Source: Vezdaea acicularis (Eukaryota). Taken from it: a DNA stretch of 39,589 nt. Each line of letters starts with the position of its first letter. Position 1 is the first letter of the stretch. The DNA lies in NCBI GenBank assembly GCA_026025075.1, contig JAPEUI010000064.1, positions 62,001 to 101,589 on the forward strand, in the 5' to 3' direction. The notes beneath the pieces were generated by a model that worked only from the letters and a program-made list of their open reading frames with translations, had not been told where the DNA came from and ran no database searches. Below are positions 12,124 to 26,842 of this stretch, in pieces. The translations under genes and the position numbers were made by a program.

Positions 12124-12860
12124 CTAGGCAGCAGTGCCTTTGCTGACATCCTTTATAATCGTCTCATACTCAATGTCATCCCTATCGTTGGCCTGAAGCT
12201 CCACGGCGATACCGTTCAGAGACCGTTTCAGGGCATCTTTTGACGAGGCGTAGGTCATTTTGGGCTAGGTTGCGTAACATGTATTAGTCATAGACCTACC
12301 TAGAAATCGACCTTCTTACCTTGATTCCGGCATTATCGGGCGACCACGCAATGAATGTGATCTTGTTTCTAGATCCCGATTAGCAATACGTCTACGAAGC
12401 CTAATGGTGATTGCCTTATTACCTTTTTCCTTCACCACTTTTAAGGTCATATTCGAAGTCATAGACAGCGAACCGTGGGCCGGGGCCCTCAGAACCACCA
12501 ATGCCCTTCGCCTTGGCGCTAAGTAGCTTCTCTCTGAATACCTCATACTCCGTATCCTGCGAGGAGTCTTCTACGACGATTTCCTTATAGTCGTCGGACA
12601 GCTTATAGATGATAAACTTGACCGTACCCTTGCCAAGCTTTAGTTCATTGAAGACATTAATGCACTCTGGAGATACAGAAACCCTAGTGCTCTCCGTCAG
12701 TATCTAGTCTGACGATCTGCAAAAGCTCTAAGACTGGAGTTGAGCGCAGTGAGTGGGAGAGAGCCATTCCAGTTCGAGAACCACGGTACGCACCCTGATT
12801 GAGACTGAGCGATGAGCTTAGCTATCAGGCACAACTACAAATCATTGGCTGACTTACCAT
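12124..12860 (-). CDS. COF1: Cofilin / actin-depolymerizing factor (154 aa; exons 12860-12858, 12804-12794, 12683-12423, 12368-12320, 12264-12124)
   Basis: Not in the ORF track. The spliced product MSQSGVSVSPECINVFNELKLGKGTVKFIIYKLSDDYKEIVVE...PRFAVYDFEYDL...[44 protein letters not shown]... is a classic ADF-H sequence. All introns are GT-AG and frame-consistent. Confidence 0.96.
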
Positions 12861-13431
12861 TATCACGGCACTCTATCAAGACAGTACTGAATAGAAGTTG
12901 AAGCGTTGTGAAGGAAACAGTAATCCTGCAAGCGAGGCGGATGATTCAAGTCAGCCCGATAAGGATCTCGTCAGAGTCGGCGAGGAAAGAGCATATGGAA
13001 TAGTAGAAGACGTACAAAAGGCGATGGAGGAGTGAGGGTTCGGTGCAGGAGTGGTTTAATAAGATAGAGCAACTGAGTCAGCTTGGGGCGCAACAAATGC
13101 CTCGCAGGAAGGTGGGGTGTCGAAGTGTCTGTTCGTCTTAAACTTCTTTTTGTTGATTCTGGCGGGGCAACATCCAGCACGCCAAGACCTCTTGCGCAAT
13201 TACGCGTCAAGATAGGCATCAATTTGGTAGACATACAAAGGTTTGAGTTTGAGCTGTACCTAATCTACACAAGAATTGCTATCCTTCATCGGGTTATAAG
13301 CAATTCTATATTCTACAAGAGCTGATGGTTTGAGTGGAGATGCTGCTGTACCACCGGTGCTATACTGTTGTGTCGCCGCCCCAACCTATTTGTACAAATA
13401 CGATTTCGCCGGCTAAAATGCAATTCTTACC

Positions 13432-15350
<1,919 letters not shown>

Positions 15351-16215
15351 AATGCACCCAGTACAAGGCCTTTTCAAAACCACAGTCTCTGCAGAGTTTA
15401 ATACTACAAAGAGCTGTCTTGCGATTGAATGAGCGTGAAGATCAAGACGTAGAGAGAGGATGGAAGTTGCTCCGTGGAAGGTGCGAGAATCAAGCGAGGA
15501 CTGGCAAAATAATTCCGTTAGCGTCGTTATGCCAAGAATTTTCGCGTGGTTCTCCTCGCCTCGCTACTGCTTCAATTTAGGAATGTATAATGGATTTCGG
15601 GGGCTCAGCACTATGGAATGAAGACAGGCACAACTATAGCAAGCTCTTTTATTCAATCCTAAGTGTAAATATCATATAGAAAATCCTTCGATCTAATTTT
15701 CCAACTCCGCTTTTGTAGTCTCTTGATCGTTATTCAGGAAGGAAAAAGGGATACCAGCCCCATCGGGTTTGCTAAGATGCCCTCTCTTATATTTGATGAA
15801 CATTATATCTCAGCACCCTTCAGACTCAATTTATGAGAATCTGTATGAAAAGGTGGGTAGTAGCTTAATGCTTCTATAGAGCATGTATGTGTGTCGTGGC
15901 GCCTGTTTTATAAGGTCCTAGGCTTAGTAAAAATGTTGAATAATATTGTTGTTTTGGTCAATAAGGCAAGTAGAAATATAGATAGATTATGGGTGGTGTG
16001 AAGAATCCAAACGGATGAGCAAAGGGTGGTCACCGTTGAGGGAGGCCCTCGTGCCTATAGTGGATGGATCACTATCCTAAATGATAGATTTGGGTCGATT
16101 GGTGGCCAATGATACCAAAGATTAATCATGGCGGGTTTCCTCACCCCAACAGACTTCGTATCGATCAGATCATACGCAGCTGCCGTCCAGAAAGTCTTGG
16201 ATGACAGGCGGCATC

Positions 16216-18415
16216 TTAAGAGTCCTGGTCAGAGTTGTTTTGAAAGTCTTGGCCATACGTTGCCATTTCGAAAAATTCGTCATACCCAAAGGCTAGTTGA
16301 TCATGGGAATTCCGGAGGACATTCGAGGGTAATTCATCTGGGTCACCATCTAAAATGTGGCTGCTTGGTAATACTGGTAGAAATTCATCGAACTGTTGCA
16401 AACAGGCCTTGGTATCGTTCTGAGTTGCAACATTAGTTCCAAAGGGGCCGGAGAGAGTGCCACGGGGCTGCGGAGATTCTCCGAAATATGAAGTGCTGCG
16501 ACTGATTGGTGCAGACATGGTTCTACTATGCGCGAGACCAGCGCGGCGATTGTAATCTTGCTGCAGCTGTGCGATGTGCTCAATACTTCCAGAGTGGTAG
16601 TTTTGGAAACTCGTGGCGTGTAGTGGGACAACTTGCTGAACAGGCATAAGTTCAAATTTATTGCGACCGAAAGTCCGGCTAGACACTGAATTTTGGATTG
16701 AGTGGTTGGGATGAGCGGTACTCCTCGGTTCATAATGATCTAGTTCCATTGTACTGGAACTAGATTGAGCTATAGCGCCAGGTCCTTGCTGAGCTCGGAA
16801 ACTAGAGGTCACATTTGACGGTCGGACAATATCGCTCTCGGACTGGTGCTTGTGCCGTATAAACGCACTTCCCACATCTAAGCTCTCTTGCCTTGAAGCA
16901 TTGAATACTTCCGGGTTGTTTCTTCTGCCCATCGCCTTAACACCTCCAAAGGTGGGCCAATCAGTGTATCCGTTCGGGAGGCGTAGCTTTACGACGAAAG
17001 ATCCACAGAAGGTCGGGCTCCATGTATTGGAATCTCCACTGTCGCTATGCTCGTCTTTTATCATAACATGGCCATCACTATCATTGGAAGGCGAGCGGCG
17101 TCTGATCAATTTTGCATCTCTGAAACGACTCGGCTCGGCTTGGGAAAGCCTGCCCTTATTCTTAACCCCCTTAGAGCATTGACTTTCCTGCTTGATGGAT
17201 TCTTCGTCGGTAACTTCCTCCACCCTTTCAGAGCGGGGCGTTCTCTGCGGTGCATGTGCTTGAGATTCATTACTCTCGTCTTCACTCTCATAGAGGGACT
17301 TTCTCTGAGATGCACATGCTTGAGATTGCTCACCCTCGTCTTCACTCTTATAGAGAGACTTTCCCTTACGTGCGTATGCTTGAAATTCCTCCCCTTCATC
17401 TTCACTCTCATGGAATTTAAGCAGATCTTGATGCTGATACCTATCACACTGATGGATGTTATCACTATCCTCCGAGATGTCGCTATTCTCGACACTGAGG
17501 CTGCGATGAAAAGACCCAGAATTCAGTTTAGATCGCTGCCTAAGACGAGAGCTTGGTTTACGGCCTCGAGCTTTTAGCGGTTCATATTCTCCGTCGGGAT
17601 CTTCATCAGTATCTGGAGCTCTAGAGACGTCAGGTCTAGGGGAACTCGGGGTTGACGAGTTGACTTTTGCCTTATTAACTGGGGGAAATCCGACAGGTCT
17701 GGGACGGTTTGGCATTTTCTGAAGCGGCTTTGACGTTGCTCGAGAAATTGGGCGGCGACGAAGTGGAGGCACCACCGGGATCCCTTGATCTGCAAGACGA
17801 TTACGGAGTTTCGCGAAATGCTGAATTACAGCCCCATCGCTCATTTTTGGGTCGACTAAGGCTGCAGCCTCTTTGAACGGAAGCTTTATACCTTGCTCAT
17901 TGCATGCATATTGTAAAGCCAACATAACTTGCTTTTCCTTCAGATCTATGGCTCTCAGTCAGCTCTGCTTGACGCCGGGATCCGAGCAGTGATCGGACGA
18001 AAGTAAAGCAGATGCAAGATTAAAAGAACGTAAGGCCAGTACATTAGAATGATAGGATGAGAAAATTCCGATAATTGAATAATCGGCATGGCTTGGGCCG
18101 AAAGAAGCGGTCTGAAAGGTGCCCATTGTCTGAGCATCCACTTCTACTCTCTGGGATGGAGAGAGTATCTATGGACAGTGCGAAGTGCCTGCAGAGCTAC
18201 GCACGTCAAGAAATGCAGGTGCAATTCTTCAATCCCCTGCTGGAGGTAAGAGTGGGATTTGAGGATCACGGTGAATGAGATTTGAGAGACGGTTCTGGTC
18301 ACTATTCGGCGACGGAGAAAATGCTCTTACCATCCCAACGCACTAGATACCTTCCCGAAGGTCGGACCTTCTTCTCAATCCTCTTGTCTTGCAATTGACG
18401 TTTTGGAGGGCCCAT
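16216..18415 (-). CDS. Myb/SANT-like protein with long disordered tail, cluster member 7 (~604 aa; exons 18415-18331, 17945-16216)
   Basis: Phase-1 intron 18330-17946 (GTAAGA...GCTGAC...ATAG) joins MGPPKRQLQDKRIEKKVRPSGRYLVRWD to DLKEKQVMLALQYACNEQGIKLPFKEAAALVDPKMSDGAVIQHFAKLRNRL (ORF 16216..17925). This restores the conserved Trp. The tail contains RGRKP. Confidence 0.82.
17245..17415 (-). repeat. Three ~60-bp tandem repeats within member 7 (20-aa unit)
   Basis: (g/a)tcttcactct recurs at 17278, 17338 and 17398. The protein reads HESEDEGEEFQAYARKGKSL/YKSEDEGEQSQACASQRKSL/YESEDESNESQAHAPQR. Confidence 0.9.
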
Positions 18416-19188
18416 GATTGGCTTATGTTAAGTGAACTGAGCAAACGTTCAACTTCGAATACTCTTCTGAGTTACGTATAGCTCGATGTGAGGTGATAAA
18501 TATTTATAATGTAGATATCTAGAATGAATTTGATTGTCCTGAAAGCCAAACCTATGATAAGGTCCGCTGCATTTGCAAGAGGTGTTGCGAATTCGTCCGA
18601 AATTGGAAGATGAGGTGAGATAACGGGGACAGCTCAGGTGAATGAGATGATGCGCAACAACACTCTGGTCAGCCGCTCAAACCCTTAAAAGTTTGGTGTT
18701 TTAGATGTGGATGCGGGCTAAATTGCTCTAGTAAACTTGTGGCTCTGATTTCATTCGATTACTGACGGCGAAAGTGCTTCTGGTCCCAGTTCGAATAACT
18801 TACAATGCATAGGAGGGTAGAATGCTTGTGAGTTTTGATGTGAACCATTACTGACCTCAGGGGAGTTTTTGGGAAGGTTTTGGTGTGTAAGCTTACAACA
18901 TCTGTCGTGGAAGCTATCAGGCCTCATTCGGCAGTTCAATGCTCTGATCTATTGCATGAACGAAATTGATGAGCCGTTAAGTAAAGACTTCACACTATTA
19001 AAAGGTAGTGGAGAAGTGAGAGCTAGTTCCAGATGATGTGAAGGGAAGAGTGTGCTGCTTCTGGTAGCTCAATTCCGCGAAGGACTGACAATTCATTTCA
19101 GAGGCCAATGCACCCAAGGCAGGATATTGAAAAGAAGCCAGCATACTTAGGCAAATCATAAGGAAGTGATATCAACCAGCCTTTAACT

Positions 19189-19876
19189 TTAGTCTTTCCT
19201 TTTGTTCTCCCATGCTTCACGAAATATGCCATATAACTCCTTTACTTCTTGCTCATCTCGTAGACGCTGCCTTAGATATTCTTTCAGATCACCCCAGAAC
19301 TCATCACTTGCTGAACCTACTCGCTCACTGGACCCTTGAGGTACGGCAGATGGTGCTGGCTCGGCTTCCTCAGTTGGCGTATGTACAATAGCTGATGTTG
19401 CCCCCCCCATGACCATGACGTTGAACTCCACTGCGGACTCCCCTTCGGGAACAAAATCCTTGAGTATCTTCGAGTCTGGGCAGACCTTTTTGTTGAGGAT
19501 GAGTCGCATTTTTGCGACTGGTACACCTGCTTTCTCTGAAAGGGATTGCTTCAAGTCTAGTATACTCGTGTTGGATGTGCGACCCGGCAGCGACACATCA
19601 AGACGTGGATTTCGAAGTGACTTGATAGAGACAGAGATTGTTAAATCTTGGCCTGGTACTAGCTTCTTCCGCTTCTTCATAGCTTGGGGCATTTTAGGGA
19701 GGGTGTACTTGAGACGCTTTAGTTCAAGCAGACAATGGCACGCCTGGATGATTGTAGGTGCTCACTACGCTATGGGCCGGATACGTCTTAGCATCCACCA
19801 CATGATCACTTTCGAGTTTAGCGGGCCGGGAGTCAAGGAGAGTCAAGTACTGCTTTGCAAATTTGACTTCTGCCAT
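19189..19876 (-). CDS. MDY2: Ubiquitin-like protein Get5/Mdy2 (exons 19876-19766, 19707-19189)
   Basis: N-terminal EVKFAKQYLTLLDSRPAKLESDHV...YTLPKMP resembles the Get4-binding segment. A central UBL domain (SILDLKQ...KMRLILNKK) is followed by the C-terminal FWGDLKEYLRQRL...FREAW dimerisation motif. Confidence 0.88.
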
Positions 19877-20099
19877 GACTGCGTTTCGTTTTTTTGTTGC
19901 ACGTGGGACAAGAGCCACTCAGGCCGCGAGGCACAAACGTTGATGAGTACCGCGTAATGGTGTGTTCTGCCAAGGATCTTTAGCTACAATGACTCGGCAA
20001 GGGCGGTGTGTAGAAAGATTAATGCCAATATTCTGCCGGCTCTAAATTTTGCGCCGCACATAAAAAATCTGGCACATTTCACTAATACAAGCAAACGCA

Positions 20100-22070
20100 A
20101 TGGGTGTCGGTCGGCGAATGAAGAAGCAGGGACCTCCTCCGGCACTTGATGAATCTAAGATTACATTCAAGAAACGCAAGGCCATAAGATCTGGAGATGA
20201 GAATGAAGAAAATAAATCAAAACTACGAAGGCTATCCAAACATGCTACTAGTATCAATGACCGACGCGAACAGTTTGCGGGCAGAAGTGCATCGATAGAA
20301 GGGAAGAAAGACGATAAAAATCAAAAAGAGGATACGAGAAGGAATTCTACGCCGTCATCGACGGTTGCAAGGTTGCCCCAGAAGGCTCAGAGGTCCGATA
20401 CTCGCAACAATGGTGAAAGGATGCAGCGTCGGAATATTTCTCTCGCAGAAGGAGATAGCGAGGACGATTCATTGTCTCAACAAGATTTCATGGGCTCTGA
20501 TTCTTCTGTATATGACTCTGAGGCTGAGCAGCCTCGGGGCACTTTCTCTGAGGATGAGGATGTTTCAGATGCTGAGGAGAAGCTTACAGCCGCTAATATG
20601 GAGGGGCTTTCGAGGAGATTAGATATCACATTAGAAGATGACGCAGCCAATGCACAAGCGGAGCTTGAAGAAGCTGCGATACAGACCAATATCGACGGAG
20701 AAAGACCGCAATTACTGGGGAAACTTGATGGCAACGAAGCTGGAAAATTGGGACCTCATTTAGCTCCGGATTATCAGCTACTACGAAGCCGAATAACAGA
20801 GAATATTCGTGTACTGGATGATTTTTCAAAATTGTCTGAAGAGGGTCGGTCGAGAGCAGAGTACGTAGCTCAACTTTTAAAAGATATCTGTGCTTATTAC
20901 GGGTATTCCGAATTCCTTGCTGAGAAACTCTTCAATCTTTTCCCACCTCGAGAGGCCTTTGCTTTCTTCGAAGCAAACGAGACAGCCCGTCCGGTTGTAA
21001 TCCGGACCAATACTCTTAGGACACATCGGCGGGATCTGGCTCAGGCCCTAATCAATAGAGGCGTTACCCTGGAACCGGTTGGGAAGTGGTCAAAAGTGGG
21101 CTTGCAGGTGTTTGAGAGTCAAGTCCCGCTAGGCGCTACTCCAGAGTACCTTGCTGGTCAATATATCTTGCAAGCAGCATCTTCATTCCTTCCCGTCATG
21201 GCACTTGCTCCTCAAGAACATGAACGTATCCTTGACATGGCTGCAGCGCCAGGCGGTAAGACCACCTACATGGCTGCTCTCATGAAGAATACAGGTTGCA
21301 TATTCGCAAATGATAGTAACAAAACCAGGGCAAAAGGTTTGATCGGCAACATTCATCGCCTGGGAGTAAAGAATACTGTGGTATGCAACCACGATGCAAG
21401 AGGATTTCCGAAAATAATAGGGGGCTTTGATCGTGTTCTGCTAGATGCTCCTTGTTCAGGAACAGGTGTCATCGCGAAAGATCCCAGTGTCAAAACAAAT
21501 AAGACGGAGAAGGACTTTATGTTGCTTCCTCATACTCAAAAGCAGCTGATTCTTGCCGCTATCGACTCGGTTGATCATTCTAGTAAGACAGGCGGATATA
21601 TAGTCTATTCAACATGCAGTGTAGCCGTAGAAGAGAATGAGCAGGTGGTACAATATGCTCTGAAGAAACGGCCGAACGTCAAACTTGTCGAGACCGGTCT
21701 AACGTTTGGCAAAGAGGGCTTTAGTAGCTACATGGGCAAGAAGTTTGATGAGTCAATGAAAATGACAAGACGGTACTATCCTCATGCCTTCAATGTCGAC
21801 GGTTTCTTCGTTTCGAAATTTCGAAAAACCGGGCCATCGCCCACAATGGCAGCAAATACTAATGGCAATGCTAGCGAACATGAACTTGGAGCTGAAGAGA
21901 TGAGGGGTTCACACACTGCTGGAAACAAAGCTGGGGATGATGAGAGCTCCTTCGGCGGGTGGGATGAGGACGAAGATCGGGAATACATTTTGAGAGCTGA
22001 GAGAAAAGCCTTACGTCGGAAAGGTTTGAACCCGAAAATGGTCAGTAGCCAGCAAGTGGTGCTTAGCTAG
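20100..22070 (+). CDS. NOP2: 25S rRNA m5C methyltransferase Nop2
   Basis: MGVGRRMKKQGPP N-terminus, ILDMAAAPGGKT, FDRVLLDAPCSG and VYSTCS motifs of the RsmB/NOP2 family. Confidence 0.98.
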   Translation: MGVGRRMKKQGPPPALDESKITFKKRKAIRSGDENEENKSKLRRLSKHATSINDRREQFAGRSASIEGKKDDKNQKEDTRRNSTPSSTVARLPQKAQRSDTRNNGERMQRRNISLAEGDSEDDSLSQQDFMGSDSSVYDSEAEQPRGTFSEDEDVSDAEEKLTAANMEGLSRRLDITLEDDAANAQAELEEAAIQTNIDGERPQLLGKLDGNEAGKLGPHLAPDYQLLRSRITENIRVLDDFSKLSEEGRSRAEYVAQLLKDICAYYGYSEFLAEKLFNLFPPREAFAFFEANETARPVVIRTNTLRTHRRDLAQALINRGVTLEPVGKWSKVGLQVFESQVPLGATPEYLAGQYILQAASSFLPVMALAPQEHERILDMAAAPGGKTTYMAALMKNTGCIFANDSNKTRAKGLIGNIHRLGVKNTVVCNHDARGFPKIIGGFDRVLLDAPCSGTGVIAKDPSVKTNKTEKDFMLLPHTQKQLILAAIDSVDHSSKTGGYIVYSTCSVAVEENEQVVQYALKKRPNVKLVETGLTFGKEGFSSYMGKKFDESMKMTRRYYPHAFNVDGFFVSKFRKTGPSPTMAANTNGNASEHELGAEEMRGSHTAGNKAGDDESSFGGWDEDEDREYILRAERKALRRKGLNPKMVSSQQVVLS

Positions 22071-22369
22071 CGATAATTGATGTAAGCTAATTTGAACACT
22101 GCGGACATGCTTATAAACAAACCACCTGAATCCTTGGAAGATGTCGCAATTCACAGACCTTCCACAACTTATTCTCCGTGGAAGTGAAACCTTCATCCTG
22201 TGACATTTCTAAGCATAGCGTGAGTGGGTTGAAGGGGCACCTTTTAGCTCTAATTTTGCGATGATTCTGGCACAATTGTCACCAGTAAGCATCTTGTCCC
22301 TACATGCAACGCCTATTATGCTTTCATCCAGGTATATGTCCAACGCCATGAAACCAAGCCATTAATTCG

Positions 22370-24668
22370 TCACCGCCTTCGGCGTCGATTCGGACTTGTC
22401 CCACTCTCATGCGACCCTCCCTCTGCCGCTGGACTTGTTATTGCGCTGCCGTCGGCTGTGCCAACAATCTGGCCTCCTTGCTGATCTTGATCATTTGCGT
22501 CATATTCGTTGGAACCTTGCGCGTTCTTATCGAATGGAAAACTCGCGCTCTCCCCTGTATCGCCGTGGTCTCCAAAATCGGCGAAATCTCCACCATCTCC
22601 GTTGTTGAAATAGTCCGAGTTGAATATCTGGTCAAGATCGAGGGCTCCAGGAGCTTCAGCCGGCTGACCGCTGTAATACTGACCGTTGGCTAAGCCTGGA
22701 ATCACTCCATTTGGGCTTAATGGCTGAATTTGAGTGGCGAGTTGATCTAGACTCTCTTGTTGCTCGGCTGTCATCTTGCTCAGCATGTCGAGATCAGCGT
22801 TATTATTCTCGAAACGCTGAAGTTCTGGGAATGGAGGAGGATTTGGAGATAACAGCGCGTTGTTAGCGTTCTTGCTCGCGTTAGAATTGCCGGTCATCAG
22901 AGTGATCATATCATCTCGTTGCTTGGGTGTTAGTGGTGAGTTGCCGTTGGCTGTTTGGGAATGCTCTAGAGCGGCAGGGAAGTCGAAGCGAGCGCCAGCC
23001 AGATCACTTTTCTCGTTAGTGGAGTTGATGATTTCCATAATTCTCTGCTCAGAGTTTTGCCGCTGCAAGCCGTTGCTTCTCAGGTTAGAGCTGACCTGAG
23101 GGGACTGTGATGGACGATTGGGTCGCTGCTCGTATACTTCCTCTACTGTACCGGACTGTTGTATTCCCGAACCACGTATTTGACCATAGCTATTCGGGAG
23201 TGGTGTTGACGCAGATGGGGCAGGAGATACTGTGGCTGCTCGTCCAACGGAGCCATCCGAGTCTTGTGTAGGCGGCCCAAGGAGCAATCTTTTCCTAGGC
23301 CATCGCCCTTGGGTTTGTCCACTTACTAAGCTTGAGTCTTGATCTCCATAGTCTCCAACATCAACGACGTTTCCTTGAGCTTGAACATCTTGAGGAATGG
23401 CGCTGCCAAACATGTTCGTAATATTCTGCCCACCATGGCCCTCCAAGCTGCGGTTGTATACTGTTGCGAGGAAAGTGAGAATTGCATTTATAGAGCTTTC
23501 ATGTCTGCTATGCATTGACTGGAATGCAGCTGCCTGCTCATAAAGTTGGTTATTGTCTTTTCGTAACCGATTTATTGCGCCCGAAATGATTCTCTGCTGT
23601 TGTTGAATGGATTGTAGTTGATGCTGCACCTCAGTGAGTTCTCTTTTCTGTAGACCTCCAGACTCTCCTTGATCGAGTAAGCCTCGAGGTTTAGCTGAGC
23701 TTCCATGACTGATGGGTAGTCCATTCGTAGTGAAAGCCTCGTTACCACCCAGGGTGTCATCGGCATATTTGTCATCGTCATCGCTCCCTTTCTCACCACC
23801 ATCTTGATTGTTGCGATTGTTTCGTCTGCCTTTGGCCTGAGTTTGATTCTTGGTCTTATTTATCAGCCACAGTAAATTCGGTCTACCGCGTTTAAAGAAA
23901 GGATTATAATATTCGCTTGGACTTTTGTTCTTCCGTTCGCTGGCTTTCATTGAATTGTCCGAGAGGCCGACTTTCTTATGAAACCCGTACATATTCAATT
24001 GTCGCACGAAAGAGGCGTAGTTATTGTGCTTGAAGAGTTCCGGAATCAGAGTTTTCGCAAATTCATCCTCGTCTAAGACAATGAAGGAATCCCCATTCTC
24101 AGACCACCGGATAAAATGAGTGTTCTTCGCATCGTCCAGGAAGCTATGTTACGTTAGCCGAGTCCAACGTAAGGGCAAGGGGGTTTCTTTACCTGCTGAG
24201 TTTCTGAACGAAAGGGGGTATCTGCTTTCGCTTCGCTTGGGCCTCTCTTTTGGCAATTAACGCTCTTTGCTCGACCTCTTCATCGTTGTTCATCCACTCG
24301 TTGCCAGGCTGATTCAACTCATCCATCTGCCCAAAATCTTGCCAAGACTCATCGTCTCCGGTAAGATATGAATTTCCTTCACGAGGCACCAGCTGTTGAC
24401 TTACTGGACGCCGCGTAAGTTGGCTCGACTGGGACTGTTGCGGGGCTAATTCGGATGAAGTCGTCGATTGGTACATATTTGGCGGATATGATACAGGATG
24501 TTCCTGATAAGCCGTATTGCCGTTATTATGGCTCCACTGTAAAAACTGTTCGTTGGTCATCTGTGAGGCTGGTACTGTCTGAGATGGGCCCATCTGATAT
24601 AGTTGCCCTGAATCCGGAGCGGCTCGTTTCCTTGGGTTCATTTGTGGAGGCATCCCGTGCGTGTACAT
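22370..24668 (-). CDS. HSF1: Heat shock transcription factor (intron 24192-24144; start ATG 24668 or 24653)
   Basis: Spliced DNA-binding domain IPPFVQKLSSFLDD...IRWSENGDSFIVLDEDEFAKTLIPELFKHNNYASFVRQLNMYGFHKK, followed by a heptad region and HESSINAILTFLATVY. Confidence 0.95.
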
Positions 24669-25572
24669 CCACAATGGGTGGTCAGTGCGGGGGCCTTGCT
24701 ATCCTTGGCAGAGGAGTGAGAGTTGTGAGATCTTAGCCGCGTGACTTTTCAGATTGCTATAGTTGGGGGACACCCTTCCTGAAGCAGGTAGTGACGATGA
24801 GGTGAAGTCGACAAGGTTGGCTCTAGGTTTGACAGCCAAGAAGAAAATGGTGTTAGGGGAGACAACGGCGTAAAATGCAGCTTAGAAGAAGGTTAAGTAG
24901 GTAGGGTAAGACCGGGAAGGACGGTAAGCACTGAAGTCGTAGACCGTGATAATGAAAAAGGAGGGTGAAAGCCGCAGTCAAAGGTCAGTCTTCTTAGGCG
25001 TTTCTTGGCTTGTCCGTTGTCTCAGACAAGGCTAGAAGATATCCTAGATACAAAGACGAAAGAATACGCTGTGAAGTTGTCCGGGAAGCTGCACGATCGA
25101 GGCGGACAAGCAAGCCCAGCTCTAGTGATAGATCTACACTGACGGTGAAGAGGGCGGCGCCCGGCGGGTATTATGGGTTAATGCGGAAGGGCTGAGCGTC
25201 GTGTGCTAGAGGCGCACTGGTGTCGAAGAGTCTGGCCGCATTCCATGTTCATGAGTAGTAGTGAAGGAAGTCAAACGGGGCGCACGAAAAGGGCGATGGT
25301 AGGAAAGCTCGAGTATATATTCAACCACAGCGGCGGACGAACCGTGGCATCTATTCCCTGCACGTCATTGGTGTGAGCGGGATGAGGGCCTAAGCGAGGC
25401 GGACTAGCGAGTCATGGAGAGAAAGTCTCTCTTGACCTGGAACCTACTGGCTGTCCGCTGCTGCCCGCTGCTACGCAGCGAGGACTACCATTTGGGGGGA
25501 GATAGCCACAGCTGACTTCCTCAACACTGACCATTTCAAGAAAAGTTGCTGGTGTTGTTGTATATTGGAAGC

Positions 25573-26229
25573 ATGATAGGGCAATGCGCGAAGCTATCGG
25601 TCAGCCGGGCCTTTCTACGCTCGATTGGGTACGGTCTCGGTTCTACAGCACAAAACCATAGTGTCAGGTTCTTTCACCAGTCAACAGCAAAGCCTCTCAA
25701 AAACCGGACATTTACCTCGTAAGTATACATCAGCTCCAAGGTAAAACCTGTCTAACTTTGATCAATCGATTTTCTGAAGAGTCCGCAGCGAAGATGAATT
25801 CTCGTCTCTCTTACTCCTTCTAGCATCAAATGAAATTCCACTTATTACCTTGTGGACAGCATCATGGTGTCCGTCGTGTAAGGTAGCGTACCCTATACTC
25901 CATGAAATGATCAATGAGGGTCAAGTTGGAGAGAAAGAAGGCGGTGTCGGCTTCGTCGAAGTTGAAGTAGACTCGCCAAATATTGGGGATCTCCCATTTC
26001 GTTATGCAGTAAGTTAATGTGCCGAACTCAAATGCAAGTGACAAGTTAAGAAGTATCCCAGATTAATCAATTACCGACTCTGCTGTCATTCTGCCGCCAA
26101 GAAGCGCAGCTGCAGACACGGCTCACGAAGCCGGCTGATCTGAAAGATAGAGAGCTCCTGAAGCAGTGGATTGTGAGGGAAGCAGTCCGTGGTGGAAAGA
26201 AGAATAGAGGTGGCTCCGGATATAGGTGA
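25573..26229 (+). CDS. Thioredoxin-like protein (WCPSC), probably mitochondrial (~180 aa; exons 25573-25718, 25780-26008, 26062-26229)
   Basis: Not in the ORF track. Two GTAAGT introns are frame-consistent. The product has PLITLWTASWCPSCKVAYPIL, GFVEVEVDSP and YAINQLPTLLSF (cis-Pro loop). Exon 1 is R/S-rich with no acidic residues. Confidence 0.88.
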
Positions 26230-26842
26230 TACTTGACCGAGATATCGGACTGTAAGCATATCAAACTGTCCCTCATATTGGCTGGGCATGATGGCTTCAG
26301 AAGACCTGTTTAACAGCAGCCTGCTAATTATCTTGGTGTAGCCAGTTCGAATGCCAAGTACAAGCATGCTAAGGGCGCGGCTCCTAGCCTCAAAAAGCAT
26401 TCAGAGCGAGTCACGGAGAACGTAAGCACTCTACGGGATGGTATTCAAGGGCTAGCTTCATGTGAGACTCAGATACTGTTCAAGAGGAAGCTCCTGAGTG
26501 CTACGCCTGCTCCCCAGACGTCCTAACTATCGTTAATCCGGCATATCGCATGGCTTGTGTTAGCCGAGTATAGAGCGAATCCTTCTGGGGGAGCACAAAG
26601 GATGAAAACATCACGTGCGCCTCGCTTAGGATCGACTGTCTCTGCTGAACGCGCCATAAGCTGGAAAATCATCTCTCGTCCGCAATCTCTCTCTCACAAC
26701 AACGCCAAACATCTCATCAACACTTCCCGCCACCACACCTCGACAGCTTTACGAGATAATTCTCATCTCCTACCTTAGCACTCACACTTGCGAAACCCAA
26801 TAACAATAAAATTTTTGCGACTATCTGACTTGAAGTCACGAA

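Noticed and set aside
15536..15552. Possible heat-shock element upstream of HSP60 (GAAttTTC...TTC)
   Set aside because: Only two correctly spaced nGAAn units, and the third is off by one base for a gap-type HSE.
17955..18141. 60-aa ORFs as candidate first exon of member 7
   Set aside because: No donor of the required phase. They lie inside the 17946-18330 intron of the better model.
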